From Eledone cirrhosa (Eukaryota): a DNA stretch of 64,000 nt. A program made the translations under genes and the position numbers. Of the stretch, positions 26,615 to 41,090 are shown in pieces (the first letter of the stretch is position 1; each line of letters begins with the position of its first letter). The notes under the pieces are model-generated. The model was not told where the DNA came from. It ran no database searches and saw nothing but the letters and a program-made list of their open reading frames with translations. Location of the stretch: NCBI GenBank assembly GCA_964016885.1, contig OZ024743.1:96224001-96288000 (forward strand), written 5' to 3'.

Positions 26615-26935
26615 TTTATTTACAATAGTTTATAACTTGGCCTATTAATCCGTATGGTGAACAATGTGATGGCCTCCCCACCGCTCCGGCGGACAGGATG
26701 GAGAAGGCGTTTCCCCGGAGGATGGTAAGGGAGAGGCGCTGGAAGAGCCATTTCAACTCACGAGGCTCACACCTGCGGTTGGCCAGCTCAGCGCCTATGG
26801 GGGGTAGGGAGGTAGCCCTGGGGCCAAGGACACCAGAAGTCTCCACTGCCAAGGGTACGACCGCGAACCTGTCGGAGAGCGACCGGTACTTGGAGAGTTT
26901 GGCCTCCTCAGCTCGACGTGCAGCAGTACCTGAAT
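26615..26935 (-). mobile_element. 3' fragment of a CRE-like non-LTR retrotransposon (restriction-like endonuclease)
   Basis: AEEAKLSKY...VPLAVETSGVLGP...WLFQRLSLTILRGNA, ending in AATAAA. Confidence 0.75.
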
Positions 26936-27099
26936 ACGTTTAGTTAAAATAGAAGCTGGTAGGGGAGATAATTATATAGGTTATTGCCCCTGCATTTTGA
27001 TAAATAGTTATTAATAATTCTAGAAAATATAATTTGTTGGGGTTTAAACTCTAGTCTCTTTACTACACATGTATTAAAACATTTAACACACACACACAA

Positions 27100-27196
<97 letters not shown>

Positions 27197-27254
27197 ATAT
27201 ATATGTATAAATATATGTATCTAATATTAATACATTCTGTACAAATGTATATAT

Positions 27255-27320
<66 letters not shown>

Positions 27321-27799
27321 ACACACACACACACACATATATACATGTGTACAGAATATATTAATATTAGAGTTAATACTAGAAATAAGGCAGTAGAGCA
27401 AATTCAAAGTATGCTCCATATAAATCGTCTGCAACTATATAAATACTCGTTTACAGTCCTTTCATTTCACTTACACCACTAATTACCTTTATTGTTCAAC
27501 AATCCCAAGTCCTTTTCATCTTTATATAAATCAGAGTTCTTTTCGTCTGTGTTTATAGTGATCAGGCTAAACTGAAAGGAAACTATTATATGAACTAAAG
27601 AATGGAAAGCTCTTATTTGTTATGTTGCAATGTACTTTTGGAAACAGAACCTATTTAACTGAAGATAAGATCTTTAAATGGTAATGTTGAGTTAAAAAAG
27701 CAAATCCTATGAATAAGAAGTGGGTCTGCCCCAACTGTTTAGTGATAAGGAGACTAGGATGAAGCAACATTTTTTTACATATTTATGGTATACAATAAT

Positions 27800-27867
27800 T
27801 GTTTCTACTTTTGGCACAAGGCCAGTGTATTACTGGTACTTTATTTTGCACTGGGTAATTGCTGGTA
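27800..27867. mobile_element. Truncated, partly inverted SINE A 3' end with a 19-bp TSD
   Basis: atttatggtatacaataat at 27781-27799 and 27868-27886. Confidence 0.8.
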
Positions 27868-28180
27868 ATTTATGGTATACAATAATGAAAGTATTTATAA
27901 AAAATTAAATAATAAACAAAAAGAGAGAGAAAAGTAATATTTAAAGAAAAGGTGAGGGGCAAGTTCTAAATGTACCGACCCTTTCTGGTTGGTATATTTT
28001 AGTTATGCCACACAGACAATATGTTGGAAGTATTGCCAAAGAAAACAGCCAATGACACTGCATTAATATTTTTACCTCACACAGCTTCCTCAGGTGACAT
28101 CCACTCTTTCAGGTTTTTATAGAGAAAAGGAGAGGTATTGATGTGAACCAGCACAAAGAGGAAACAGTCAGGTAACTTAT

Positions 28181-31100
28181 TGGGCTCATCATCTATTCCT
28201 GGTTGATATTTAGCCTGGTTAGCATGGGACTTATTATCTATTCCTGGTTGATATTTAGCCTGGTTAGCATGGGACTTATTATCTATTCCTGGTTGATATT
28301 TAGCCTGGTTAGCATGGGACTTATTATCTATTCCTGGTTGATATTTAGCCTGGTTAGCATGGGACTTATTATCTATTCATGGTTGATATTTAGCCTGGTT
28401 AGCATGGGACTTATCATCTACTCCTGATTGATATTTAGCCTGGTTAGCATGGGACTTATTATCTATTCCTGGTTGATATTTAGCCTGGTTAGCATGGGAC
28501 TTATCATCTACTCCTGGTTGATATTTAGCCTGGTTAGCATGGGACTTATTATCTATTCCTGGTTGATATTTAGCCTGGTTAGCATGGGACTTATTATCTA
28601 TTCCTGGTTGATATTTAGCCTGGTTAGCATGGGACTTATCATCTACTCCTGGTTGATATTTAGCCTGGTTAGCATGGGACTTATTATCTATTCCTGGTTG
28701 ATATTTAGCCTAGTTAGCATGGGACTTATTATCTATTCCTGATTGATATTTAGCCTGGTTAGCATGGGGGTAAACATCTACTCCTGGTTGATATTTAGCC
28801 TGGTTAGCATGGGACTTATTATCTAATCCTGGTTGATATTTAGCCTAGTTAGCATGGGACTTATTATCTATTCCTGATTGATATTTAGCCTGGTTAGCAT
28901 GGGGGTAAACATCTACTCCTGGTTGATATTTAGCCTGGTTAGCATGGGACTTATTATCTAATCCTGGTTGATAGTTAGCCTGGTTAGCATGGGACTTATT
29001 ATCTATTCCTGGTTGATATTTAGCCTGGTTAGCATGGGACTTATCATCTACTCCTGGTTGATATTTAGCCTGGTTAGCATGGGACTTATTATCTAATCCT
29101 GGTTGATAGTTAGCCTGGTTAGCATGGGACTTATCATCTACTCCTGGTTGATATTTTGCCTGGTTAGCATGGGACTTATTGTCTATTCCTGGTTGATATT
29201 TAGCCTGGTTAGCATGGGACTTGTCATCTACTCTTGGTTGATATTTAGCCTGGTTAGCATGGGACTTGTCATCTACTCTTGGTTGATATTTAGCCTTGTT
29301 AGCATGGGACTTATTATCTATTCCTGGTTGATATTTAGCCTTGTTAGCATGGGACTTATTATCTATTCCTGGTTGATATTTAGCCTTGTTAGCATGGGAC
29401 TTATTATCTATTCCTGATTGATATTTAGCCTGGTTAGTATGGGACTTATCATCTATTCCTGGTTGATATTTAGCCTGGTTAGCATGGGAATTATTATCTA
29501 TTCCTGATTGATATTTAGCCTAGTTAGCATGGGACATATCATCTACTTCTGGTTGATATTTAGCCTGGTTAGCATGGGACTTATTATCTATTCCTGGTTG
29601 ATATTTAGCCTTGTTAGCATGGGACTTATTATCTATTCCTGGTTGATATTTAGCCTGGTTAGCATGGGACTTATCATCTATTCCTGGTTGATATTTAGCC
29701 TGGATAGCATGGGACTTATCATCTATTCCTGGTTGATATTTAGCCTGGTTAGCATGGGAATTATTATCTATTCCTGGTTGATATTTAGCCTGGTTAGCAT
29801 GGGACTTATTATCTATTCCTGGTCGATATTTAGCCTTGTTAGCATGGGACTTATTATCTATTCCTGGTTGATATTTAGCCTTGTTAGCATGGGACTTATT
29901 ATCTATTCCTGGTTGATATTTAGCCTGGTTAGCATGGGAATTATTATCTATTCCTGGTTGATATTTAGCCTGGTTAGCATGGGACTTATTATCTATTCCT
30001 GGTTGATATTTAGCCTGGTTAGCATGGGACTTATTATCTATTACTGGTTGATATTTAGCCTGGTTAGCATGGGACTTATCATCTATGCCTGGTTGATATT
30101 TAGCCTGGTTAGCATGGGACTTATTATCTATTCCTGGTTGATATTTAGCCTGGTTAGCATGGGACTTATCATCTATTCCTGGTTGATATTTAGCCTTGTT
30201 AGCATGGGACTTATTATCTATTCCTGGTTGATATTTAGCTTGGTTAGCATGGGACTTATTATCTATTCCTGGTTTATATTTAGCCTGGTTAGCATGGGAC
30301 TTATCATCTACTCCTGGTTGATATTTAGCCTGGTTAGCATGGGACTTATTATCTATTCCTGGTTGATATTTAGCCTGGTTAGCATGGGACTTATTATCTA
30401 TTCCTGGTTGATATTTAGCCTGGTTAGCATGGGACTTATCATCAACTCCTGGTTGATATTTAGCCTGGTTAGCATGGGACTTATTATCTATTCCTGGTTG
30501 ATATTTAGCCTGGTTAGCTTGGGACTTATTATCTATTCCTGGTTGTTATTTAGCCTGGTTAGCATGGGACTTATCATCTACTCCTGGTTGATATTTAGCC
30601 TGGTTAGCATGGGACTTATTATCTATTCCTGGTTGATATTTAGCCTGGTTAGCATGGGACTTGTCATCTACTCTTTGTTGATATTTAGCCTGGTTAGCAT
30701 GGGACTTATTATCTAATCCTGTTTGATAGTTAGCCTGGTTAGCATGGGACTTGTCATCTACTCTTGGTTGATATATATCCTGGTTAGCATGGGACTTATC
30801 ATCTACTCCTGGTTGATATTTAGCCTGGTTAGCATGGGACTTATTATCTATTCTTCGTTGATATTTAGCCTGGTTAGTATGGGTCTTATTATCTATTCCT
30901 GGTTGATATTTAGCCTGATTAGCATGGGACTTATTATCTACTCCTGGTTGATATTTAGCCTGGTTAGCATTGGACTTATTATCTATTCCTGGTTGATATT
31001 TAGACTGGTTAGCATGGGACTTATTATCTATCCCTGGTTGATATTTAGCCTGATTAGCATGTGACTTATTATCTATTCCTGGTTGATATTTAGCCTTGTT

Positions 31101-34100
31101 AACATGGGACTTATTATCTATTCCTGGTTGATATTTAGCCTGGTTAGCATGGGATTTATTATCTATTTCATGTTGATATTTAGCCTGGTTAGCATGGGAC
31201 TTATTACCTATTCCTGGTTGATATTTAGCCTGGTTAGCATGGGACTTATCATCTACTCCTAGTTGATATTTAGCCTGCTTAGCTTGGGATTTATTATCTA
31301 TTTCATGTTGATATTTAGCCTGGTTAGCATGGGACTTATTATCTATTCCTAGTTGATATTTAGCCTGGTTAGCATGGGTCTTATCATCTACTCCTGGTTG
31401 ATATTTAGCTTGGTTAGCATGGGACTTATTATCTATTCCTGGTTGATATTTAGCCTGGTTTGCATGGGACTTATCATCTACTCTTGGTTGATATTTAGCC
31501 TGATTAGCATGGGACTTATTATCTATTCCTGGTTGATATTTAGCCTGGTTAGCATGGGACTTATTATCTATTCCTGGTTGATATTTAGCCTGGTTAGCAT
31601 GGGACTTATCATCTATTCCTGGTTGATATTTAGCCTGGTTAGCATGGGACTTATTATCTACTCCTGGTCGATATTTACCCTGGTTAGCATGGGACATATT
31701 ATCTATTCCTGGTTGATATTTAGCCTGGTTAGCATGTGACTTATCATCTATTCCTGGTTGATATTTAGCCTGGTTAGCATGGGACTTATTATCTATTCCT
31801 GGTTGATATTTAGCCTAGTTAGAATGGGACTTATTATCTATTCCTGGTTGATATTTAGCCTGGTTAGCATGGGACTTATTATCTACTCCTGGTTTATATT
31901 TAGCCTGGTTAGCATGGGACTTATCATCTATTCCTGGTTGATATTCAGCCTGATTAGCATGGGACTTATCATCTACTCCTTGTTGATATTTAGCCTGGTT
32001 AGCATGGGACTTATTATCTACTCCTGGTTTATATTTAGCCTGGTTAGCATGGGACTTATCATCTATTCCTGGTTGATATTCAGCCTGGTTAGCATGGGAC
32101 TTATCATCTACTCCTTGTTGATATTTAGCCTGGTTAGCATGGGACTTATTATCTATTCCTGGTTGATATTTAGCCTGGTTAGCATGGGACATATTATCTA
32201 CTCCTTGTTTATATTTAGCCTGGTTAGCATGGGACTTATCATCTATTCCTGGTTGATATTCAGCCTGGTTAGCATGGGACTTATCATCTACTCCTGGTTG
32301 ATATTTAGCCTGGTTAGCATGGGACTTATTATCTATTCCTGGTTGATATTTAGCCTGGTTAGCATGGGACTTATCATCTATTCCTTGTTGATATTTAGCC
32401 TGGTCAGCATGGGACTTATTATCTACTCCTGGTCGATATTTACCCTGGTTAGCATGGGACATATTATCTATTCCTGGTTGATATTTAGCCTGGTTAGCAT
32501 GTGACTTATCATCTATTCCTGGTTGATATTTAGCCTGGTTAGCATGGGACTTATTATCTATTCCTGGTTGATATTTAGCCTAGTTAGAATGGGACTTATT
32601 ATCTATTCCTGGTTGATATTTAGCCTGGTTAGCATGGGACTTATTATCTACTCCTGGTTTATATTTAGCCTGGTTAGCATGGGACTTATCATCTATTCCT
32701 GGTTGATATTCAGCCTGGTTAGCATGGGACTTATTATCTATTCCTGGTTGATATTTAGCCTGGTTAGCATGGGACTTATTATCTACTCCTGGTTTATATT
32801 TAGCCTGGTTAGCATGGGACTTATTATCTACTCCTGGTCGATATTTACCCTGGTTAGCATGGGACATATTATCTATTCCTGGTTGATATTTAGCCTGGTT
32901 AGCATGTGACTTATCATCTATTCCTGGTTGATATTTAGCCTGGTTAGCATGGGACTTATTATCTATTCCTGGTTGATATTTAGCCTAGTTAGAATGGGAC
33001 TTATTATCTATTCCTGGTTGATATTTAGCCTGGTTAGCATGGGACTTATTATCTACTCCTGGTTTATATTTAGCCTGGTTAGCATGGGACTTATCATCTA
33101 TTCCTGGTTGATATTCAGCCTGGTTAGCATGGGACTTATCAGCTACTCCTTGTTGATATTTAGCCTGGTTAGCATGGGACTTATTATCTATTCCTGGTTG
33201 ATATTTAGCCTGGTTAGCATGGGACTTATTATCTACTCCTTGTTTATATTTAGCCTGGTTAGCATGGGACTTATCATCTATTCCTGGTTGATATTCAGCC
33301 TGGTTAGCATGGGACTTATCATCTACTCCTGGTTGATATTTAGCCTGGTTAGCATGGGACTTATTATCTATTCCTGGTTGATATTTAGCCTGGTTAGCAT
33401 GGGACTTATCATCTATTCCTGGTTGATATTTAGCCTGGTCAGCATGGGACTTATTATCTACTCCTGGTCGATATTTACCCTGGTTAGCATGGGACATATT
33501 ATCTATTCCTGGTTGATATTTAGCCTGGTTAGCATGTGACTTATCATCTATTCCTGGTTGATATTTAGCCTGGTTAGCATGGGACTTATTATCTATTCCT
33601 GGTTGATATTTAGCCTAGTTTGAATGGGACTTATTATCTCTTCCTGGTTGATATTTAGCCTGGTTAGCATGGGACTTATTATCTACTCCTGGTTTATATT
33701 TAGCCTGGTTAGCATGGGACTTATCATCTATTCCTGGTTGATATTCAGCCTGGTTAGCATGGGACTTATCATCTACTCCTTGTTGATATTTAGCCTGGTT
33801 AGCATGGGACTTATTATCTACTCCTGGTTTATATTTAGCCTGGTTAGCATGGGACTTATCATCTATTCCTGGTTGATATTCAGCCTGGTTAGCATGGGAC
33901 TTATCATCTACTCCTTGTTGATATTTAGCCTGGTTAGCATGGGACTTATTATCTATACCTGGTTGATATTTAGCCTGGTTAGCATGGGACTTATTATCTA
34001 CTCCTTGTTTATATTTAGCCTGGTTAGCATGGGACTTATCATCTATTCCTGGTTGATATTCAGCCTGGTTAGCATGGGACTTATCATCTACTCCTGGTTG

Positions 34101-34130
34101 ATATTTTGCCTGGTTAGCATGGGACTTCAT
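28181..34130. repeat. 45-bp tandem satellite, ~132 copies, no indels seen
   Basis: Unit ggttgatatttagcctggttagcatgggacttattatctattcct, with the period held exactly across ~5.95 kb. Confidence 0.98.
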
Positions 34131-34311
34131 GTATAGACAATAGACAGAAAACTCTATGGTAACATATTTAAAGTAAAATTTTTCAATTTAAATCAGCCGT
34201 ATCTGACCAGAATTCTCTCACCTCTTTCTGTTCAAACCAGCCATAACCATCTGCTCATAATTATGTTAAGGTATTGTTCTCCTGGCCGACGCAAGCGTTT
34301 AGCATTTTAAT

Positions 34312-34660
34312 GGAGGCACATGGCTTAGTGGTTAGTGCATTGGCCTTGCAATCGAAAGGTTGTGAGTTCAATTCTCAGACCGGGTGATGTGTTGTTTCCT
34401 TGAGCAAGACACTTTATTTCACATTGCTCCAGTTTACTCAGCTGTAGAAATGAGATGATAAGGGCTGGTGTCCCTATCATTCCACTGCAAAGTGGTCGTG
34501 CAGGTGCCACGGCAAAAAAGCACCCAGCACTCACTGTAAATGAGGTTGGTGTTAGGAAGGGCATCCAGCTGTAGAAATCAAGCCAGAATCAGTTCCCGTC
34601 CTACCCTTGAAAGCAGGGAAAAGCTGACGTAAAATGATGATGATGATGATGATGATGATT
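34312..34660 (+). mobile_element. tRNA-derived SINE family B (conserved-core type) with a (TGA)n tail
   Basis: A box TGGCTTAGTGG, B box GAGTTCAATTC, core ccttgagcaagacactt, and tail ggtgttaggaagggcatccagctgtagaaa. Confidence 0.8.
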
Positions 34661-35039
34661 ATTGTTCTCAAAAGAAATATCAAAATCTTGTAGATTCAAT
34701 ATTATGTGGGATAATTATGTGAGATAAAGTGTTTACCATGAAAATACAATAGTAAATATAGAGTAATGTAAATGCTAAAGGGTTAAATTTACACACATCT
34801 CCACCAAAGCTCTGTATATTTCTACCTTATCTCTGTGTTAAAATATTTTAACAAAAACTTATGGAAGAACCTACATATGTGAAACTACATAGAATGACAA
34901 TAACGTATATTAACTTATATAGTGTAAGAAGTATTTGTGGCAAGATAATAATACTTTGAAGTGGTAACATCCACTGTAAACATTCTGCTGCGATTTTTGT
35001 AGTAAGTCACCTAAGGTTTTCATCTTATTACACATGAAT

Positions 35040-35380
35040 TTGCTATCTTCTTTTTTGCCCACTTATTCCTGAGAGCGTCATGTGGGTAGAGTCCTCAAAC
35101 ACTCCTTCCAGTGGGTCATGTTAGGAGCAATTATCTCCAATTGATCCAGCTGGATCCCCAAGTCAGACCAGCTGAGCTCATGGATATTATCTAACTGTCT
35201 TGCTTGGAGTCTACCTCTGGGTCTCCTGCTGGTTGGTTTTGCCTGTAAAATCTGCCCAGCAATTCTTTCCTGAGACATTCTAACCACATGTCCATAGTAT
35301 TGGAGCTGTGATCTCTTAATTCAGAGTAGCGGCTCTACCTGTAGCAATTCTCTGATTTCCAAGCTACACACACAAGTCTG
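35040..35380 (-). mobile_element. RTE-like LINE 3' fragment
   Basis: QLQYYGHVVRMSQERIAGQILQAKPTSRRPRGR. Confidence 0.7.
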
Positions 35381-35399
35381 GAACAAAGATCAGCTCTCA

Positions 35400-36290
35400 T
35401 CTGCAATGATATAACCTCTACAAGATATAACCTCAATATCTGTGCGATACGTGAAACCTGACTCCCTGGCACATCCCAAATGGAAGAAGTAGGAGAAGAG
35501 TACAGAGTCTTCTGGTCCAGAATAAGAGGACTCCCATTAGATAGGTGTTAGATCTGACATTGCTAGATCCCTGACATCATTCCTCAAAGTTGTCAGGGAT
35601 CGTATTATGAGTCTTTCTCTGGATCTAGCAAACAACACTTCTGTTATATTAGAGTTTTGTTACACCCCAACTCTTTATTCGTCTGACCAGGATCCTATAA
35701 TATTTTATGATCAGCTTCACACAGTGGTCTCTACTGTTCCATACAAGAACAAACTCATCATAATGGGAGATTTCAGTGCTAGAGTTGGAAGTTACAATCA
35801 AACATGGCATCAAGTTCTTGGATTTAATAGAATTGGAGCTATTAACTCAAAAGGACTTAGGTTGCTTTTACTCTGCAAAGAATTTGATCTTAGCATCACT
35901 AATAGCTTTTGTGAACAACTTGCAAACCATAAGACATCATGGATTTATCATTGATCCATTGATTGGCACATGGTTGACTCACACACAGACATGACTTAAA
36001 AGCTATATTTCAGATCAAGCACTGCTGCATAGTAAAGTTTCATTCACTCTTCCCAACAAAATGCATCTTCAAAAGCCATCTATCTCATCCAAATGTTTAT
36101 ATGGGTGCTTTGAGATCCACTGATAGGAAGCTGGACCTCTCTACAAAACTTGACTCACCTTCAACTCTGTCCACATTTCTGATGGCATTGAGTTTTTCTG
36201 GAAAGCACCCAAAGATGCCACCTATGAAGCCTCTGTAGAAAGGATTTCCTATGAGAAAACACCAAGACTGGTTTGATGGAAGCAACTCAG
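35400..36290 (+). mobile_element. Degenerate RTE APE-domain fragment
   Basis: FYDQL..KLIIMGDFSARVG..NSKGLRLLLLCKEFDLSITNS..KTSWI and KHQDWFD. Confidence 0.8.
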
Positions 36291-36291
36291 A

Positions 36292-36877
36292 TGGTAGTGG
36301 TGATGGAAGTGGTGGTGGTGGCAGTGGTGGTAGTGGTGGTAGTGGTGGTAGTGGTGGTAGTAGTGGTGGTAGTGGTGGTTGTAGTGGTGGTGGTGGTGGT
36401 ATTAGTGGTGGTGGTGGTTGTGGTGGTAGTGGTGGTACTGGTGGTGGTAGTGGTGGTGGTGGTGGTAGTGGTGGTGGTGGCAGTGGTGGTGGAGGTGGTG
36501 GTGGTAGTGGTGGTGGTGGCAGTGGTGGTGGTGGTGGTTGTGGTAGTGGTGGTGGAGGTGGTGGTGGTAGTGGTGGTGGTGGTGGTGATGGTAGTGGTGG
36601 TGGTGGTGGTGGTAGTGGTGGCAGTGGTGGTGGTGGTAGTGGTGGTAGTGGTGGTTGTGGCAGTGGTGGTGGTGGGGTGGTGTTAGTGGTGGTGGTGGTG
36701 GTGGTGGTGGTGGTGGTAGTGGTGGTGGTGGTGGTAGTGGTAGTGGTGGTGGTGGCAGTGGTGGTGGTGGTGGTGGTGGTGGTGGTGGTGGTGGTGGTGG
36801 TGGTGATAGTGGTGATAGTGGTGGTGGTAGTGGTGGTAGTTGTGGTGGTTGGTGGGGGGGGGGGGGGGGGGGGGGGT
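36292..36877. repeat. (GGT)n/(AGT) trinucleotide microsatellite ending in poly-G
   Basis: Visible directly in the sequence. Confidence 0.97.
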
Positions 36878-37127
36878 GACAGCATGGTAAGGGTTGGGGT
36901 TTAGGAAGTTTTGCTTTGGTTTAGAGATTGGTTTCAGTCCTATTGCATAACACCTTGAGCAAGTTTCTTTCTTTCTTTCCTTGTGAGTGAATTTTGGGGC
37001 AATCTTAAGTGTATATATATTCCTGTGTAAATGCAAGTACGAGTATATCAAAATAAATTAACGGAGTCATAAACTCCCTGTAATTTATGAGCTCAAAGTA
37101 AAGAGAATCCTGGGCTTTTCAAATATT

Positions 37128-37387
37128 ATATATAGAAAAGATAATACGCGAGAGAGAGTGTGTTTATCAATGTACAGGGAAACCACCACTGTATGGAATC
37201 TATAAACTAAGAAAAGTGAGGTAGATGCATAATAATTAAAAATGTAAATCAGAATGAATTTACATTTTTAATTATTATGCATCTACCTCACTTTTCTTAG
37301 TTTATAGATTCCATACACTGGTGGTTTCCCTATACATTGATAAACACACTCTCTCTCTCTCTCTCTTGTATTATCTTTTCTATATAT
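37128..37387. mobile_element. Near-perfect ~260-bp hairpin (8-nt loop), same family as the 9890-10565 fold-back
   Basis: The arms share cagggaaaccacc..tggaatctataa..taattaaaaat with 9948-10025. Confidence 0.85.
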
Positions 37388-37695
37388 TACATATATATAT
37401 TTGCATGTGTATACCACTTACCACAAACATCTTGTCGACACCATGAACGATATGTTCTGCAGCATAGCTGTTTGACAAATGTTATTGATATATATCCCAT
37501 ATACATAAATAAAGTATGAGTTGACATCTAGGAGGGTATCTGGCTGTAGAAAATCTGTCCAAAAGCTTCATCTCGACCCATGCATCTTACAAATGCAGAC
37601 ATACAAGCAATGATAAGGATCTGTCATAACATGTGGGATATCTAATTTTTACTTTCAGAAAGAAAAGTCTTCTAATGGCAGACTAACAAATAAAG

Positions 37696-38170
37696 TCTCT
37701 TATATCTAGAGAGTTACCTCATAATACTTATTAATCTCTTACATCTAGAGAGTTACCTCATAATACTTATTAATCTCTTATATCTAGAGAGTTACCTCAT
37801 AATACTTATTAATCTCTTATATCTAGAGAGTTACCTCATAATACTTATTAATCTCTTATATCTAGGCGGTGGATTGGCAGTATCGGTAGAGGGTCGGACG
37901 CCATGCTTTCCAGCATAGTTACGTCCCTTTACGATCTGAGTTCAAATCCCGCCGAGGTTGACTTTGCCTTTCATCCTTACGGGGTCGATAAAATAAAGTA
38001 CCAGTAATGCACTGGGTAATTTCTGGCCTTGTGCCTAAAGTAGAAACAATTAATCTCTTATATCTAGAGAGTTACCTCATAATACTTACTAATCTCTTAT
38101 ATCTAGAGAGTTACCTCATAATACTTATTAATCTCTTGTATCTAGAGAGTTACCTCATAATACTTATTAA
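37696..38170. repeat. 39-bp minisatellite interrupted by a SINE A
   Basis: Unit aatctcttatatctagagagttacctcataatacttatt, ~7 copies. Confidence 0.93.
37865..38051 (+). mobile_element. SINE family A inserted in the 39-bp array
   Basis: Near-consensus copy flanked by aatctcttatatcta. Confidence 0.92.
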
Positions 38171-39628
38171 TCATCATCATCATCTTCATGGTCATTTTAT
38201 ATCCATTTTTCTATGCTGGTATGGGTTAGACAGGTTGGTACAGACCAAGTCAGTACTTAATTGGAACTACTCTCTTCATAGATGGGTCAGGAGATCATGT
38301 CACACAGAGATACATTCCATTTTGGCATGGTTTCAAAATGCCAACCACATAGAGAATGTACAGGGTATATTTTATTATGGCACTACAAGTAGAGAGGTTT
38401 TCTTCTTCTTGATGCAACTGAAGAGTTCTTTCAACTCTTTCTTTGGCATGATTTCTACAGATGGGTGCCCTACTTAATGCCAACCATTATACAGAGTGTA
38501 CTGTGTTCATTTTATCGTGGATTGCCCTTAATACAACTGAAGAGTAGTCTTAAGTCATTCTCTGGCATTGTTTCTACAACTGGATACCCTTGACTGAATT
38601 GAGTAATTTACAAAATTATCATTGATTGTAGGTAAATTATATGCTATGGCATTTGAGACCACTGACTACAAAGTTCTTGATGTCCTTGGCATCTTGTCTA
38701 ACTGCAAGGTCAAGTGATACTCCTGTGGGTACTGTCTGTTTCAGCATCTCAGTCTCTTGATTGTTAGTAAAAATACTGTGCTTGTCATAGGACATCATTA
38801 GAAGTGTCTTTTGTTAGACATGTGGTAATGAAAGAGTTAGCATCTGTTCTCCCTGTTCCTTAGACTTCATTTTAAACATTTTGCTTAAGCCATTAAGATA
38901 AGTCCTTTTTTTAAATCCCTCTCTAATCTAGTCACCAGAAAGATAATTATTAAAAGTCAAAATTAAACATATTTTTCAATGTGTAAATGGTTTGAATGGA
39001 TTATTTGTTGGAATAAATCATTTCTACCGCTGGATGTCCCTCCTGTTTAACTGTGTAGTGGTAGAACCTATTTTATTGAGGAGGTAAACTAGAGCAAGCA
39101 GAGTTTAATACTTTGCTCAAGGAAACAGCACAATATTGTCTGCTAAGACCTGAGCTTTTGATCTTGAGGTAAGGCATCTTACTATTGCAACTATCCATTT
39201 TAATTTCATTGAAACATCTCATGTTTCCATTCTCCTCTCTCACTTACGATTATTAAAAATTCCAAAACATATAGTGAATACTACTACAGCAAAATAATGA
39301 TTCAGTGAACCAAATATAGTTTGGTTTATTACCCTACTGCCCTACAATTTAAAAATATATCAATATCTTCTCCAGTTAGCATGCAGAACAACAAATAAAC
39401 TAAGTTCAGTTGACCAACTTTGGTGGGAGCTCTTACTTCCAGCTTTTCAAATGTTCTGTTTGCTAAGACTACTGATACTACTCGACTATGAAATAAATTT
39501 GAAATATAAATATTATTTTCTAAATCTAATTCACTAATTCCAGTAGAGCATGGAAGATTATTGATTGATCTACAGATTAAGTTGATAGTCTGTTACATTA
39601 CAGTGTACTTTACTTAGATGTGTATTTT

Positions 39629-39727
<99 letters not shown>

Positions 39728-40749
39728 ATGTGCTTGTATGTGTTTGTGTGTATGTGTGTGTGTGTGTGTGTGCGCACGCATGTGTGTGTGTGTGTGCGCA
39801 CGCATGTGTGTGTGTGTTTTTTGTGTGTGTATATGTGTGTGTATGTATGTATGTATGTGAATTGTATATTCAGTTTTGATTCATGTTTTAATGGTAACTT
39901 GATGCAATAGCATATTTTAGTTGTATCGTGTTCAAATCATGTTTGCTATACTGACATACAAACTGAATGATAGTAGTTTATAGTCAATAGTTATAAAATC
40001 TGTGTTATTGGACTTTATACAAATTTTGCAACAGAGGGAATTTTACTACAATGACTTAAAATCAAGGTGGTGGATTAAGTGTACCATTGAAGAACAGGTA
40101 CATGACAGACTTTCATATATTTTCCATTTACTCACAAGACTTGAATGAACTGAAGCTTATGGTAGAAGACATTTGGCCAGGGTGTTGCACAGAAGAATCA
40201 ACCCCAGATCCATACCATTCTAAAGAGAGCTTAATCCCCATAGCTATATCTACACCACTATAACAGCTAAAACTGCATCCTAAATATTAGGCTTCCATTC
40301 CAAAACCAGAATGTATCTAATTAGTTGTGGAACCTTTATAATACTCTCCTCAAGTATTGTTCCCATATCTGGAATGGAGCTGCTACTACACACACAAATA
40401 TTGAAGATCAAATCCAAACAAAGGTTATCCTATTGGTCACCAGGAAAGCTTTTACTCACTAACACATAACAACTATATGTATATCAACAGCATGCATCCT
40501 CTTTGTGTCTCTTCTATAGTTACTATAATAGTTCTTATGTCTCTGAACCAACTAACTATGTAACACTGAACACTCACTCAGCCCTCATCCAACTCACTAT
40601 CCCCTTTTCTTCCCATCATTCCTACTGTGTCCCATCTACCTACCACCTAAACTAAACATTTCAGAACCCCTAGCACAATATTTTCATAAATTAGGAGACA
40701 GTATGAAAAAGTAGCACAAACAGGAAATGTTAGTAAATTGAAATATAAA

Positions 40750-41041
40750 GTGGTTGGTGTTAGGAAGGGAATCTAGCTGTAGAAACCCTGCCAAAACTGG
40801 AACATATATGAAGGTGTTCCTTGGCCCATCTTTGAAGACAGTAACTCCAATTAAATACTGACTTGGTCTGTGATTACCTATCCAAGCCATGGAAAAATTG
40901 ATGTTAGGAAGGGCATCCAGTCATAGAAACCAAGCCAAAACTACAGATCCATATGAGATCCAAATGTGGTCAGCTGACCTGGCTTGTTTCATAATTAAAC
41001 AACCTGTCTAACCCATGCAAGTGTGGGAAAATGAATATTAA

Positions 41042-41072
<31 letters not shown>

Positions 41073-41090
41073 GGATGAGGATGATGATGG
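40750..41090 (+). mobile_element. Old SINE family B 3'-tail fragments
   Basis: gtgttaggaaggg(c/a)atc(c/t)ag occurs twice, followed by a (TGA)n tail. Confidence 0.6.

Noticed and set aside
28002-28171. Possible + strand exon ending in CAG|gtaact just before the 45-bp satellite (e.g. 28113-28171, VFIEKRRGIDVNQHKEETV)
   Set aside because: Several alternative acceptors, no recognisable protein and no partner exons. It needs RNA evidence.
28181-34130. CRISPR-like appearance of the regular repeats (also 1593-4608 and 44666-45893)
   Set aside because: No unique spacers and no cas genes, in a eukaryotic context. These are plain tandem repeats.
28203-34136. Long ORFs on both strands (LIFSLVSMGLIIYSW / KSHANQAKYQPGIDN repeats)
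   Set aside because: By-product of a 45-bp (15-codon) unit. Scattered stops occur, there is no unique N- or C-terminus, and no codon-position bias was evident.
36097-37051. Gly-, Pro-, Val- and His-rich ORFs
   Set aside because: Translations of a (GGT)n microsatellite.
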